Source: a virus (taxonomy: Duplodnaviria; Heunggongvirae; Uroviricota; Caudoviricetes). Taken from it: a stretch of DNA of 52,139 nucleotides. Positions 1 through 8,256 of the stretch are shown here, in pieces. Position 1 is the first letter of the stretch; each line of letters begins with the position of its first letter. The notes under the pieces were generated by a model that was given only the letters and a program-made list of their open reading frames with translations, did no database searches and had not been told where the DNA came from. Made by a program: the position numbers and the translations under genes. Location of the stretch: the IMG/VR virus record IMGVR_UViG_3300023118_000008, positions 92,188 to 144,326 of that record, one strand, 5' to 3'.

Positions 1-383
1 TAGTATTCTTTTTTATTAAGTGCTGTTTGTATGGATGGTTTAAAACCTCTTAGTAAATTCTTAGCAGTCGCCCTAATTTTACCATATTTACTCTCTATAA
101 TTACATTGAAACAAGATACATATTCAACAACATTAAAAAAATCAAAGAATTTGGAATTAAATTCAAATAATTGCTGAGCAAAGTATTCAGTCTTATTTTC
201 TGCGGATTTTATAGTAGGTGTTCTGCCTGATTTTAAGTTGTGTAAGTTTTGCAAAACCACACCATATTTCGTAGAGCATTTAAATAGTGCAGATGTATTG
301 AAGGGTATTTCTAAAGGTGTTAGCATTAAATCAATCATAGACGGGGTTAAAAACTCCTCAAATTCTTTTTTAAATTTTTCCAT
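1..383 (-). CDS. Partial ORF running off the window edge; putative free-standing homing endonuclease, N-terminal repeats only
   Basis: Manual translation from ATG at 383 stays open to position 1 (MEKFKKEFEEFLTP...). Two repeats: STKYGVVLQNLHNLKSGRTPTIKSAENKTEYF and ESKYGKIRATAKNLLRGFKPSIQTALNKKEY. They resemble repeats of phage homing endonucleases (recalled); catalytic domain not in window. Confidence 0.6.
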   Translation of the reverse strand, partial: MEKFKKEFEEFLTPSMIDLMLTPLEIPFNTSALFKCSTKYGVVLQNLHNLKSGRTPTIKSAENKTEYFAQQLFEFNSKFFDFFNVVEYVSCFNVIIESKYGKIRATAKNLLRGFKPSIQTALNKKEY

Positions 384-402
384 TTTTGGGCTTATAAAAA
401 AC

Positions 403-449
403 GAGAAAACCTGTAGTCGGCTATGGCGGTAGCTTCATACAGGTATCTC
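403..449 (-). promoter_or_regulatory. Structured leader hairpin or attenuator upstream of the partial ORF
   Basis: Minus strand GAGAT-ACCTGTA...GCTA-CCGCCA-TAGC...TACAGGT-TTTCTC followed by GTTTTTT; nested inverted repeats. Confidence 0.45.
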
Positions 450-511
450 TTATTTATGTCTTTTGTTGTAATATTTAACTTTCAAAAATCTCCGCCAAGA
501 AATCTAAAAAA

Positions 512-543
512 CAAATATAGAATTTTAATTTCAGGAAAGCAAA
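512..543 (-). promoter_or_regulatory. Bacteroidota sigma-A type promoter
   Basis: TTTG (543-540), 20-nt spacer, TATATTTG (519-512); matches the -33/-7 consensus. Confidence 0.75.
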
Positions 544-547
544 TATA

Positions 548-2635
548 TTAACTTGGATTTAACTTCTCCTCTTTGATTTGTTCTCTTGTTTTTATATCAC
601 CATACTTTTCTATAAGCCAATCCTTCTTATAAAGCTCCTTTTGTCTTGTTGTGGGGATTTTTTTTATGCAGTAAGCTACAAACTTCTCTTCTTCTTTTTC
701 TTTCTTTAAACGCTCTCTATCGAGTTTTCTTTCATTTTCAATTCTTTCGGTTGTACCATCTACGTTTTCTATGATTTTTCTAGCTTCGTTAATATAATAA
801 TCATAATTAATTTTATAGTCTTCTTTTTCATAGTAATCCATAAACATAGTTACTTTATTACCACCAACTGTTAATTCCTGTCTACCATCACTATAATTTT
901 TCTTTAGATTTAAACCATCGTTTGAAACATAAAATCGAATAACCTTATCCTCAATATTTTTTACAGTTTCTTTTTCATCATTTTCCAAAGTATAATTTTG
1001 ATTACTTTGAATTTTCTTACCTATGCAAAAATCATAAATTCCCTGGTTTTCAATTTCTCCATAATTGCCGACTTTTAAATGATTTTTTACAGTTGTTTCT
1101 ACAGGTACATCATTTACAAAATATCTTTTAACTGCTATTTGTACAATTCTTTGTGAGCGGTTTTTATGTAATTCTAAATCAATATCAAAAGCTCCTTTAG
1201 TTTTAACTTTTCCTTTAATATCGATTCCTAAATAATTGTTAATATCTCTAATGAATAATTTTTCATAAGTTCCATATTCCAATTGAAGTTTGGTTAAGTT
1301 TTCAATTCCTACACATACATCATAAACCTCTCTTTTTTTATTTTTTGGAACTACAAGTTCTGCTCCATCAGTATTCGCCATAACCATTCTCACACCTTCT
1401 ATTTGAGAAAGTTGTTCACATAACATAGAAAGTATTAATTGACCGTTTACCGTAATGGCCATTTGAAAGAATTTATCGTATAGGAAGCTATGTTCATCTC
1501 CTCCTTTTCCAAATGCAGAATTCAAAAGTAACTTAATTGCAGTATTCTGAGGATTTGATTTGGGAATTAATTTTCTCTTTTCAAATAATTCTTCATATAA
1601 ATCACAAAAAGAATCCGATAAATGTCTTGGATAAAATCTATTTTTAATTGAAATATTGGGATAAAAACTCGCAAAATCTATCGATAGAACAATGTTTTCT
1701 TGATCCGACTTAAAAATGGAATTTCCGCGAGCTGAATGAAGCCCGCCTAATCCATAGAAATATTCCATCTCATCAAAGACCATCAAGTGTTTGAAAGCAT
1801 CCTTTGTATTTTCTGTTATTTCTTGTTCTCTGAAAAACTCTAAAACACTATTAAACTCAGGTGTTGAGAATTTTATATAAGGTAGAATTAATTCATTTAA
1901 TTTAATTACAGATTGTCTTGTCTGCATTTTTTTAAGTTTTGGTTTTTCTATGCCTAATTTCTGCGACATCAAATCTAAAAACAATGCTTCTCCTATACTA
2001 CTATCCGATTTATTAAATAATTCTAAGTGTGGATTTTCCAATTGTTGAGCAAATCTTAATTCTACAAGTTTTTCTGATTTTATAAAAAACTGTTCTGTCG
2101 CATCAGTATCATTTTTACAATAGTCTATAATATCATCGAATTTATCAGCCGATAGTACTTCGTCAAACTTATAAGGTAAGTCTTGGATTTTTTTCCAATT
2201 CATTGAATACTCCAACCATTTTAAACTCGTAGATCTAGCACGGTTGTTGTAATGTGACTGAAGGTATAAATCTAATTGTTGAAAGCTCAATTTAGATTCT
2301 TGATAAGGTGGGAATTCTTTATTATTTATTTTTTGAATAACATTTTGAGCAAACTCCATAATGTGTTTTGCTTTTGTTTTTCCCGAAAGTTTTTTAAAGG
2401 AAGCGTTAGCATCAATAAGCCATTGTAAAACTTGAGCATCGAAACGAACATTATTAAACCCAATGAAAAACCACTTATTCTCAGTACCTTGTTTTAAAAA
2501 AGCCACTAATTCTTCATACTCGTCTTTTCTTTCACTAATTTCAAAAACTTTATATCTATCCTTGTATTTAAAGACAGCGCAAAAAATTGAAAGGTATGTT
2601 TCAATATCGTATGTTAGAAAAGTTGTATTATTCAT
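548..2635 (-). CDS. polB: Family B DNA polymerase with 3'-5' exonuclease domain (695 aa)
   Basis: ExoI YDIETY; polymerase motifs DFASFYP, KLLLNSAFGKGG, ANTDG. Confidence 0.95.
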   Translation of the reverse strand: MNNTTFLTYDIETYLSIFCAVFKYKDRYKVFEISERKDEYEELVAFLKQGTENKWFFIGFNNVRFDAQVLQWLIDANASFKKLSGKTKAKHIMEFAQNVIQKINNKEFPPYQESKLSFQQLDLYLQSHYNNRARSTSLKWLEYSMNWKKIQDLPYKFDEVLSADKFDDIIDYCKNDTDATEQFFIKSEKLVELRFAQQLENPHLELFNKSDSSIGEALFLDLMSQKLGIEKPKLKKMQTRQSVIKLNELILPYIKFSTPEFNSVLEFFREQEITENTKDAFKHLMVFDEMEYFYGLGGLHSARGNSIFKSDQENIVLSIDFASFYPNISIKNRFYPRHLSDSFCDLYEELFEKRKLIPKSNPQNTAIKLLLNSAFGKGGDEHSFLYDKFFQMAITVNGQLILSMLCEQLSQIEGVRMVMANTDGAELVVPKNKKREVYDVCVGIENLTKLQLEYGTYEKLFIRDINNYLGIDIKGKVKTKGAFDIDLELHKNRSQRIVQIAVKRYFVNDVPVETTVKNHLKVGNYGEIENQGIYDFCIGKKIQSNQNYTLENDEKETVKNIEDKVIRFYVSNDGLNLKKNYSDGRQELTVGGNKVTMFMDYYEKEDYKINYDYYINEARKIIENVDGTTERIENERKLDRERLKKEKEEEKFVAYCIKKIPTTRQKELYKKDWLIEKYGDIKTREQIKEEKLNPS

Positions 2636-2706
2636 ACTTTTTTAATTTTAAGCTCTAGTTCTTTGTCTAGGATTTCGTATTGTTTTTGTTTGTAAATGTA
2701 GTTCAA
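2632..2706 (-). CDS. Possible 24-aa micro-ORF (TTG start, MNYIYKQKQYEILDKELELKIKKV) or remnant 3' end of a disrupted gene
   Basis: Fills the tnpB-polB gap; its TGA overlaps the polB ATG (ATGA coupling). Confidence 0.35.
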   Translation of the reverse strand: MNYIYKQKQYEILDKELELKIKKV

Positions 2707-2830
2707 AATTATAGTTGTTTTATGCCTTTCGGCGTTATACGTTTATTTCCTGCTTCACTGACCTTGCTAATGCAAGAATTCTCCACAGGCACTTCGGGCA
2801 TTTTTGTCCCTGATATCCCTTCTTTTAAAA
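2685..2830 (-). ncRNA. Putative omegaRNA overlapping the tnpB 3' end (boundaries approximate)
   Basis: GTGCCTGTGGAG (2792-2781) and TGAAGCAGGAA (2757-2747), recalled as typical tnpB 3'-end motifs; hairpins CTTGC-ATTA-GCAAG (2776-2763) and GCC-GAAA-GGC (2733-2724). Confidence 0.5.
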
Positions 2831-3890
2831 TATTTTTCGCCGCGTTTACGTCACGGTCTATTTCTAAATTACAAGATTGGCATTTGTAAGTTCTTTCAGA
2901 TAAAAGTAGAATTTCTTTGATATTACCGCAACCTGAACAAGTTTTAGACGAGGGAAACCATCTGTTTATCTTAATTAAATTCCTACCATACCAATTGGCT
3001 TTATATTCCAACATCTGAATCAATAATCCCCAAGATACGTCTGAAATATGTCTTGAAAGCTTCTTTTCTTCCATCATACCTTTTACATTTAATGTTTCAA
3101 CTACTATGACTTGGTTATCGTTCAATAGTAAGTTTGTGATTTGATGATAGTAATGCTCTTTCTGTCTTGTAATTTTTCTGTTTATTTTTGCTATTTTTAT
3201 TTTTAACTTTTTTCTGTTTTTACCTCCTTTTTTAGTTTTTGAATGCTTTCTTTGTAACTTCCTTAATTTATAGTAACTTGATTGCAAATACTTTTTATTT
3301 TCAAAAGTTTCTCCTTCAGATGTGATAATTAAGTCTTTAATTCCTAAGTCTATTCCAATTTTACTTTCTATTTTAGTTAGAATTTTAGTATCCTCAGTTT
3401 CTATTAAAAACGTAGCGAAATAATCTCCACATAAATCTCTTTTGAAAGTACACTGCCTTATTTTATGTGTTTCTAAAAGTTCATTATACTTTTCAGAGGT
3501 CTTAAAATTTATTTTGTTTTTAAAGAATGTTAAGTTATTATTTTTACAGTATATTGCTTGGTAAGCTGTAAATGATTGCAAACCTTTCTTAGACTTAAAT
3601 TTTGGAAATCCTGAGCCTTTAAAGAACTTTTTATATGAAGCTTCAACATTTAAAGCGGCATCTCTTACACACTCTGCTTTACATTTTACAAGCCACTCAG
3701 ACTCTTTTCTTATTTGAAATAATTCTTTTTGCATTGTGAAACCTGAGACATTTACTTTGTAATTGTCCCAAAGATGCTTTTTGTACTCAAGGCACAGATT
3801 GTAGGAAAAACGATATCCCTGGAAATGCTGTTCTAACATTTCTTTTTGCTTTTCTGTTGGATATAGTTTTACTTTTAATCTTTTGTACAT
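2709..3890 (-). CDS. tnpB: IS200/IS605-type RNA-guided endonuclease TnpB (393 aa), catalytic triad intact
   Basis: N-terminal KLYPT...HTH, RuvC-I IGIDLGIKD, RuvC-II VVETLNV, zinc finger CSGCG/CQSC, RuvC-III DRDVNAAKNI. Confidence 0.95.
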   Translation of the reverse strand: MYKRLKVKLYPTEKQKEMLEQHFQGYRFSYNLCLEYKKHLWDNYKVNVSGFTMQKELFQIRKESEWLVKCKAECVRDAALNVEASYKKFFKGSGFPKFKSKKGLQSFTAYQAIYCKNNNLTFFKNKINFKTSEKYNELLETHKIRQCTFKRDLCGDYFATFLIETEDTKILTKIESKIGIDLGIKDLIITSEGETFENKKYLQSSYYKLRKLQRKHSKTKKGGKNRKKLKIKIAKINRKITRQKEHYYHQITNLLLNDNQVIVVETLNVKGMMEEKKLSRHISDVSWGLLIQMLEYKANWYGRNLIKINRWFPSSKTCSGCGNIKEILLLSERTYKCQSCNLEIDRDVNAAKNILKEGISGTKMPEVPVENSCISKVSEAGNKRITPKGIKQL

Positions 3891-3891
3891 T

Positions 3892-4008
3892 TTACTCGCT
3901 TAATTTCATTCTGACAAAAGCGGAAACTGAAATATTCAGTTCTTTTGCTTTTTGTTCTATTTTTTCTTTAAGTTCTTTTGAAACTCTTATTCTTAGTTCC
4001 TCTTCCAT
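3892..4008 (-). CDS. Ribbon-helix-helix (CopG/Arc-like) protein, 38 aa, MEEELRIRVSKELKEKIEQKAKELNISVSAFVRMKLSE
   Basis: Manual translation; alternating beta-strand LRIRV then two helices with ISVSAFVR; stop 1 nt before the tnpB ATG. Confidence 0.85.
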   Translation of the reverse strand: MEEELRIRVSKELKEKIEQKAKELNISVSAFVRMKLSE

Positions 4009-4018
4009 AATACTCCTA

Positions 4019-4050
4019 CAAATATACTACATTAATATTTAATATCCAAA
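4019..4050 (-). promoter_or_regulatory. Bacteroidota sigma-A type promoter for the RHH-tnpB operon
   Basis: TTTG (4050-4047), 20 nt, TATATTTG (4026-4019). Confidence 0.85.
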
Positions 4051-4075
4051 TGTTTGTTAATTTTTTAACGTTTTA

Positions 4076-4471
4076 CTACCAAGTTTCTGTAGAAGTTTTT
4101 CTGACCCACCAACTCAAACTGTTTCTTAGTTCCAAACGATAACTATCAAAAATATCTCCAACCTTGTAGAAATCTTCTCTTGGTATTTTCCTAATCAGGT
4201 AGTAATCATACTCTACTGACCACACTCCCCAAGTATTGTCTATGTATTTTCCTTTGTGCAGATTTATAAAGTGAATGACTCCATAGCCGTTTTTATAAGC
4301 CATTACCATAGCAATTTCTTTGTCTTTCTTTTTTATGGCGAAGTCTACACTATTCAAATGACATTTATATGTCCAATTTATCTTTCCTACCTTTACCTTA
4401 ATCTTTTTACAAGTTGACGTGATTTTGTCTCTTATTTGTTTTTCGGCGATATTATTGTTGAAGCTAAACAT
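4076..4471 (-). CDS. Hypothetical protein (131 aa)
   Basis: ORF track; tiles with neighbours; tandem TAG TAA stop. Confidence 0.8.
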   Translation of the reverse strand: MFSFNNNIAEKQIRDKITSTCKKIKVKVGKINWTYKCHLNSVDFAIKKKDKEIAMVMAYKNGYGVIHFINLHKGKYIDNTWGVWSVEYDYYLIRKIPREDFYKVGDIFDSYRLELRNSLSWWVRKTSTETW

Positions 4472-4697
4472 ACTCCCTAATACCCTCTCTTAGGAATTTA
4501 TCAGCATATTCTCCTAAAACTTTTACCGAACCTTCATAACTGTCTTTATTCCTTGATACGTATTGTACCTCTTCAATTAGGTCTGTTATTAAATTACACA
4601 TCACTTTCAAGTTTTCTAATCTTTGAGGATCTCTTGAGGCACAACCTAGAGGATTTATTTCTCCTACTAATTTATTTACTATTTCCTTAATTTCCAT
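4464..4697 (-). CDS. Hypothetical protein (77 aa)
   Basis: ORF track; tight packing. Confidence 0.8.
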   Translation of the reverse strand: MEIKEIVNKLVGEINPLGCASRDPQRLENLKVMCNLITDLIEEVQYVSRNKDSYEGSVKVLGEYADKFLREGIREYV

Positions 4698-4698
4698 A

Positions 4699-4962
4699 TT
4701 ACATTACTTTATCAAACCAATTTAAAAACTGTTCTATCTCTTTTCTGTCTATAAATAAAAATCCGTGAATTTCAATCTCTTGTGTTTCAATGCTTTTCCC
4801 GCCGATTTTAAAAGAGCCGTCAAACTTTAATACTCTCTCAACTTCTTGTAAAAAGTCTTCTTTGAGTTCATACATCTCTCCACATGGATAATTATTTACT
4901 TCTATTTTACCATTGTCGGCAGAGAAGCTCCCATAAGTTAATTCAATCTTGTTTGTTACCAT
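4699..4962 (-). CDS. Hypothetical protein (87 aa)
   Basis: ORF track; tight packing. Confidence 0.8.
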   Translation of the reverse strand: MVTNKIELTYGSFSADNGKIEVNNYPCGEMYELKEDFLQEVERVLKFDGSFKIGGKSIETQEIEIHGFLFIDRKEIEQFLNWFDKVM

Positions 4963-4964
4963 AA

Positions 4965-5195
4965 TTATTGTTTTAAAAGTTCTTTGAATTGTTCTAGTGT
5001 TATTTCTTGGTCTTCTTCTACCGTAATGCTTATATTGAAGTCTGTTTCATCAAAATATAGAAAATTATAATAATCTTCTTTGCATAGCCAATATTCGGGA
5101 CCAATTTTAAAACCAGCATCTAAAATAAGATTTTCAACCTCTCACAGCATTTCTTCATCCTTGATGAACAATACCTTGTTTTTAAATTGTTTCAT
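4965..5195 (-). pseudogene. Small gene with one in-frame TGA at codon 18
   Basis: MKQFKNKVLFIKDEEML*EVENLILDAGFKIGPEYWLCKEDYYNFLYFDETDFNISITVEEDQEITLEQFKELLKQ; exactly fills the gap between neighbours; TGA at 5144-5142. Confidence 0.7.
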
Positions 5196-5197
5196 AA

Positions 5198-5353
5198 TTA
5201 AGCGTCTTTTAATTCAGACCATTTGTTATAAAAGTTAACTTCTAAGTTTCTTAGTTCAATATCCTCCATTTCAGATAGGCCAATTAAACTTTTCTGAGTT
5301 TTTAATTCTTCTAATTTATCGTGGATTTTCCACACTTCTTCCTTTGTTGTCAT
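5198..5353 (-). CDS. Hypothetical protein (51 aa, MTTKEEVWKIHDKLEELK...)
   Basis: Manual translation; below ORF-track cutoff; tiles with the next gene. Confidence 0.65.
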   Translation of the reverse strand: MTTKEEVWKIHDKLEELKTQKSLIGLSEMEDIELRNLEVNFYNKWSELKDA

Positions 5354-5597
5354 CCTCTATATAATTAATTGGTTCTATGTCTTGTTCGTTTTTCTTTTCT
5401 ATAACTACTTCGGGTAAAAGGTTTCTAATTCCTAATTCGTTTGTTTTATAGCTTTCTGTTGTGTACTCTGTTTCTATGATTATTTGTTTAGGAACTAACT
5501 CTTGCAAACCTGCTTCGTTTACTTGGAATACTTCTGTTTCTTGTTCTTGCGCCGAAATTAAAATCGGAAAGAGTAAAAATAATATTAATGTTTTCAT
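5316..5597 (-). CDS. Exported protein with signal peptide and internal repeat (93 aa)
   Basis: MKTLILFLLFPILISAQ signal peptide; repeats NEAGLQELVPKQIIIE and NELGIRNLLPEVVIEK. Confidence 0.75.
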   Translation of the reverse strand: MKTLILFLLFPILISAQEQETEVFQVNEAGLQELVPKQIIIETEYTTESYKTNELGIRNLLPEVVIEKKNEQDIEPINYIEDDNKGRSVENPR

Positions 5598-5935
5598 GTC
5601 TTTTTATTATGTTCGATTAATTTATTGAAAGTGTCCTCTTCTAGAATTTCTTTTAAAATATTTTCCGCCTTATGAGTCCAACTAAGTCCATAATGAGCTG
5701 ACTTAACTTGTTCATAGCCTAATTTTTCTAGATTTTCTTCTATAAGATCTATTATTTCGTCAGTAGCTATTCTTGCAAAATAACCTTCTTCCTGCTCTTT
5801 GAATAATTGTTCTATGTGAGTTCTTATAATCCATTCGCAGTCTGCTTTAAACTGTTCTTGTTCTTTAGTTTTGTGCGACCAAATTGAATGGCTGTCTCCA
5901 TCGCAATCATATTGTGTCAGTTCAAATATTTTCAT
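5594..5935 (-). CDS. Hypothetical protein (113 aa)
   Basis: ORF track; ATGA overlaps at both ends. Confidence 0.8.
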   Translation of the reverse strand: MKIFELTQYDCDGDSHSIWSHKTKEQEQFKADCEWIIRTHIEQLFKEQEEGYFARIATDEIIDLIEENLEKLGYEQVKSAHYGLSWTHKAENILKEILEEDTFNKLIEHNKKT

Positions 5936-6546
5936 TTATTCATTTTATAAAATTCTTCTGCAAATCCTTGACTGCACAGGCTTCGAAAGTCCGAGTCATT
6001 TTTTATATTTTCTTTGAATGGGTAAAACTCTTCTAAGTGGTTTATTGCACTTTTATGTAGGAAGGCTAAAGACGGCTTATTTCTTCCTGGTCTTACGTAT
6101 AAGTTTTCATTCTTCAAAACGTCTTCCCACTTTTTAAACTTCTTTTCGGGCATTTTAAAATTTCCCCACAAAGCTGTCTTTTTAGTATAAGGACTTCCAA
6201 ATTCCCAAGGTTGGTAAACGTCTTTAGGTTTTCCTAAGATGTCTTTGAGCTTTCCATTATAAGGGTTCTCTAGGAGCCACCATTCAGGTTTAGTTTCTTC
6301 AATTATTCTTAAACAATGATTGACTAAAAACATACCTTTTTCTAAGTCATTTTCTTTGTGAAAGCCTTTGGCTGTTGAAAATTCTCTACAAACTGGATTG
6401 CATATTACTCCATGTATTTTTAAATCGGTTTTGAAGTTTTCTACGCCGATTTCCTCACCAATTAAAATAACATTATAATCAGAGTCCTTTTGATAGAAAT
6501 AGCTGTCAGAACCTATATCAGCACAGAGGTGTAAGATGTTTCTCAT
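5932..6546 (-). CDS. Divergent short DNA cytosine-C5 methyltransferase-like protein (204 aa)
   Basis: Motif I-like ILHLCADIGS, motif IV-like NPVCREFS (catalytic Cys), motif VI WLLENP. Confidence 0.7.
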   Translation of the reverse strand: MRNILHLCADIGSDSYFYQKDSDYNVILIGEEIGVENFKTDLKIHGVICNPVCREFSTAKGFHKENDLEKGMFLVNHCLRIIEETKPEWWLLENPYNGKLKDILGKPKDVYQPWEFGSPYTKKTALWGNFKMPEKKFKKWEDVLKNENLYVRPGRNKPSLAFLHKSAINHLEEFYPFKENIKNDSDFRSLCSQGFAEEFYKMNK

Positions 6547-6977
6547 TTGACTAATTTTAGTGCTTCATTAATTCCAAACTCTAGAGCTTCTTCGTAGGAT
6601 TTATTTGCTTTTTTATCAACCCATTCCTTGAAAATTTCTTTAGTTTTATCTAGTTTATTAGTGACTTCTTTTACACGTATATCATCAATTTCTTTTGTAA
6701 CTGAATAATAAAAAGCACGATTTAATTTATACCCTATTGATTTTTGTACGAATATATTAATATGCACATTATACTCTTCTCTCAACCATTTTTGTAAAAG
6801 TTCTAAACTTGGTGCGGGATATCTTGAATATTCGCTTGTACTCTCTTTGTAACCTTGGAACGTATAATCTAACTCCCCATAAAAATCATAAAATTTATCG
6901 TCCGATTGAATCCAATCAAAACCTTTCTTTACGGCTAACTTTACTGTTTCGTAACTTGCTATTTTAAGTTCTTTCAT
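6543..6977 (-). CDS. Hypothetical protein (about 144 aa)
   Basis: ORF track start 6983 trimmed to the ATG at 6977, which forms an ATGA overlap. Confidence 0.8.
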   Translation of the reverse strand: MKELKIASYETVKLAVKKGFDWIQSDDKFYDFYGELDYTFQGYKESTSEYSRYPAPSLELLQKWLREEYNVHINIFVQKSIGYKLNRAFYYSVTKEIDDIRVKEVTNKLDKTKEIFKEWVDKKANKSYEEALEFGINEALKLVK

Positions 6978-7213
6978 TCCCATTTTAAGATTTTAATGTT
7001 ATTTGCTTTTTCAAACTGTTTTATTACCTTTTCTTTTTCTTCGCGGATTTTTTGTGCTGAGGGTTTCTTAGTAAATTTAGAAATTGCCACGCCTTGGTCT
7101 GATGAACCTATGCATTCAGTTTCTATGTTATGGGTTGAATACAGCTCTTTGAAGACGTTATCATCATGTTCTAATCCTTTTTCTAAAAGATATTTTGTGT
7201 CTATTTCTTGCAT
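6974..7213 (-). CDS. Hypothetical protein (79 aa, MQEIDTKY...)
   Basis: ORF track start 7288 overlaps the upstream gene by 59 nt; ATG at 7213 follows an AT-rich leader. Confidence 0.7.
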   Translation of the reverse strand: MQEIDTKYLLEKGLEHDDNVFKELYSTHNIETECIGSSDQGVAISKFTKKPSAQKIREEKEKVIKQFEKANNIKILKWE

Positions 7214-7229
7214 AATTGTTCTCTTAGTT

Positions 7230-7427
7230 TCATAAAATAAAATCTGTTGTATGTTCGTAATTAGTTTTTCCACAATATTTGCATTCATATTTTTCTGTAA
7301 CTCCGCAATTATTGTAATTTCCTATTTTTGCTGAAAATTTTCTCATGGAATCATCGAAATACTTTATCTTTTTAGATTGGAATTTAAACCAATGGAGTCC
7401 TAAAGTGCAAAGAATATGTTTATTCAT
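7230..7427 (-). CDS. Small zinc-finger-like protein (65 aa; CTLGLH...CKYCG)
   Basis: Cys/His pattern; start at ATGA overlap 7427. Confidence 0.7.
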   Translation of the reverse strand: MNKHILCTLGLHWFKFQSKKIKYFDDSMRKFSAKIGNYNNCGVTEKYECKYCGKTNYEHTTDFIL

Positions 7428-7741
7428 ACTGTTTTCTGTATTAATTGTTCTGCATTTATTGGGCAAATTCCTAAATGTTTTCTGTTTAAATAAATTCCAT
7501 TGAAGTAATATGGAACTGTTTTACCTTCTTTTATTTTAGTTTTTATTTCCGCGATTTTAAAAGGTTCTGAAACTTGGCCTTTGGTTTGATATATTTCGCC
7601 GACTCTAAAAGGCTTTAATTGCTTTGGTGTTTCTTCCTTCCCTAAATGCTTTTCTATGATAGCTCTTAAATCCTGTTGTGTGATTTGTTTTTTAGCTATA
7701 AAGTTATTCCAAATGTCTTTGGTTAGGCTTGTTGTTAACAT
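7424..7741 (-). CDS. Hypothetical protein (105 aa, MLTTSLTK...)
   Basis: ORF track, start trimmed to ATG 7741. Confidence 0.75.
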   Translation of the reverse strand: MLTTSLTKDIWNNFIAKKQITQQDLRAIIEKHLGKEETPKQLKPFRVGEIYQTKGQVSEPFKIAEIKTKIKEGKTVPYYFNGIYLNRKHLGICPINAEQLIQKTV

Positions 7742-7833
7742 CTTCCCGCCCAAATTATCAGTGCAAATCCGCCGAAAAAAGCTAAAATCATCAAAGCGCA
7801 GCCATACGTATTTGGAGTTTCGTTATTTTTCAT
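7735..7833 (-). CDS. Single-pass membrane micro-protein (32 aa, MKNNETPNTYGCALMILAFFGGFALIIWAGRC)
   Basis: Manual translation; fills the gap; one hydrophobic segment. Confidence 0.6.
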   Translation of the reverse strand: MKNNETPNTYGCALMILAFFGGFALIIWAGRC

Positions 7834-8113
7834 TGTTTTCAAATTTTAAAAGACATTCATCTAAGAAATTTAGTCTTTGGCTTTTCGTATTAAACCAAGA
7901 AAATTTGCAATTATAAGATAAACCTTTATTTAAATATTTAGAATCCATGTTTGCTTCTACCTCTTTCAAATTTTTCCAACAGATAAAAATACTATGCCAA
8001 CTTCTTACTTTACAACAAAAATAGTCTTTCTCTATTACTATGTTATTTTCAATTTTCTTCAAAAAACTTTTTCTAAACGGTTTAAATAACCTTGAATTTA
8101 TTAATGCTTTCAT
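7823..8113 (-). CDS. Hypothetical protein (96 aa)
   Basis: ORF track; tiling. Confidence 0.75.
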   Translation of the reverse strand: MKALINSRLFKPFRKSFLKKIENNIVIEKDYFCCKVRSWHSIFICWKNLKEVEANMDSKYLNKGLSYNCKFSWFNTKSQRLNFLDECLLKFENNEK

Positions 8114-8256
8114 CTTATAATTAATTGTGTTTTACTCTTCCAATGACCTGCTCTTGCTTTAGGGTCTCGATTTATTTCAACTAAACCTTTTGACTCCTGT
8201 ATGATAAATACTTCAACTGGCTCTTTATCTCCGAAGTGGTGGTAATAGTATTTCAT
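8110..8256 (-). CDS. Hypothetical protein (48 aa, MKYYYHHFGDKEPVEVF...)
   Basis: Manual translation; ATGA overlaps at both ends. Confidence 0.7.
   Translation of the reverse strand: MKYYYHHFGDKEPVEVFIIQESKGLVEINRDPKARAGHWKSKTQLIIR

Noticed and set aside
548-2635. Intein or intron in polB
   Set aside because: Length and motif spacing are normal; no splicing or endonuclease motifs seen.
2685-2700. TTACAAACA shared between the tnpB 3' flank and the RHH-HNH upstream region (possible guide-target pair)
   Set aside because: Only 9 nt in very AT-rich DNA; likely chance.
2698-2706. GTAGTTCAA resembling an IS605 right end
   Set aside because: It is on the plus strand, opposite to tnpB, with no preceding GC-rich hairpin.
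2709-3890. Nuclease-dead TnpB (TldR-type repressor)
   Set aside because: All three RuvC acidic residues and the zinc finger are present.
5142-5144. Stop-codon reassignment (TGA=Trp or TAG=Gln, as in some crAss-like phages)
   Set aside because: TGA forms many ATGA couplings, TAG ends genes normally, and very long ORFs are intact under the standard code; one internal TGA is not enough.
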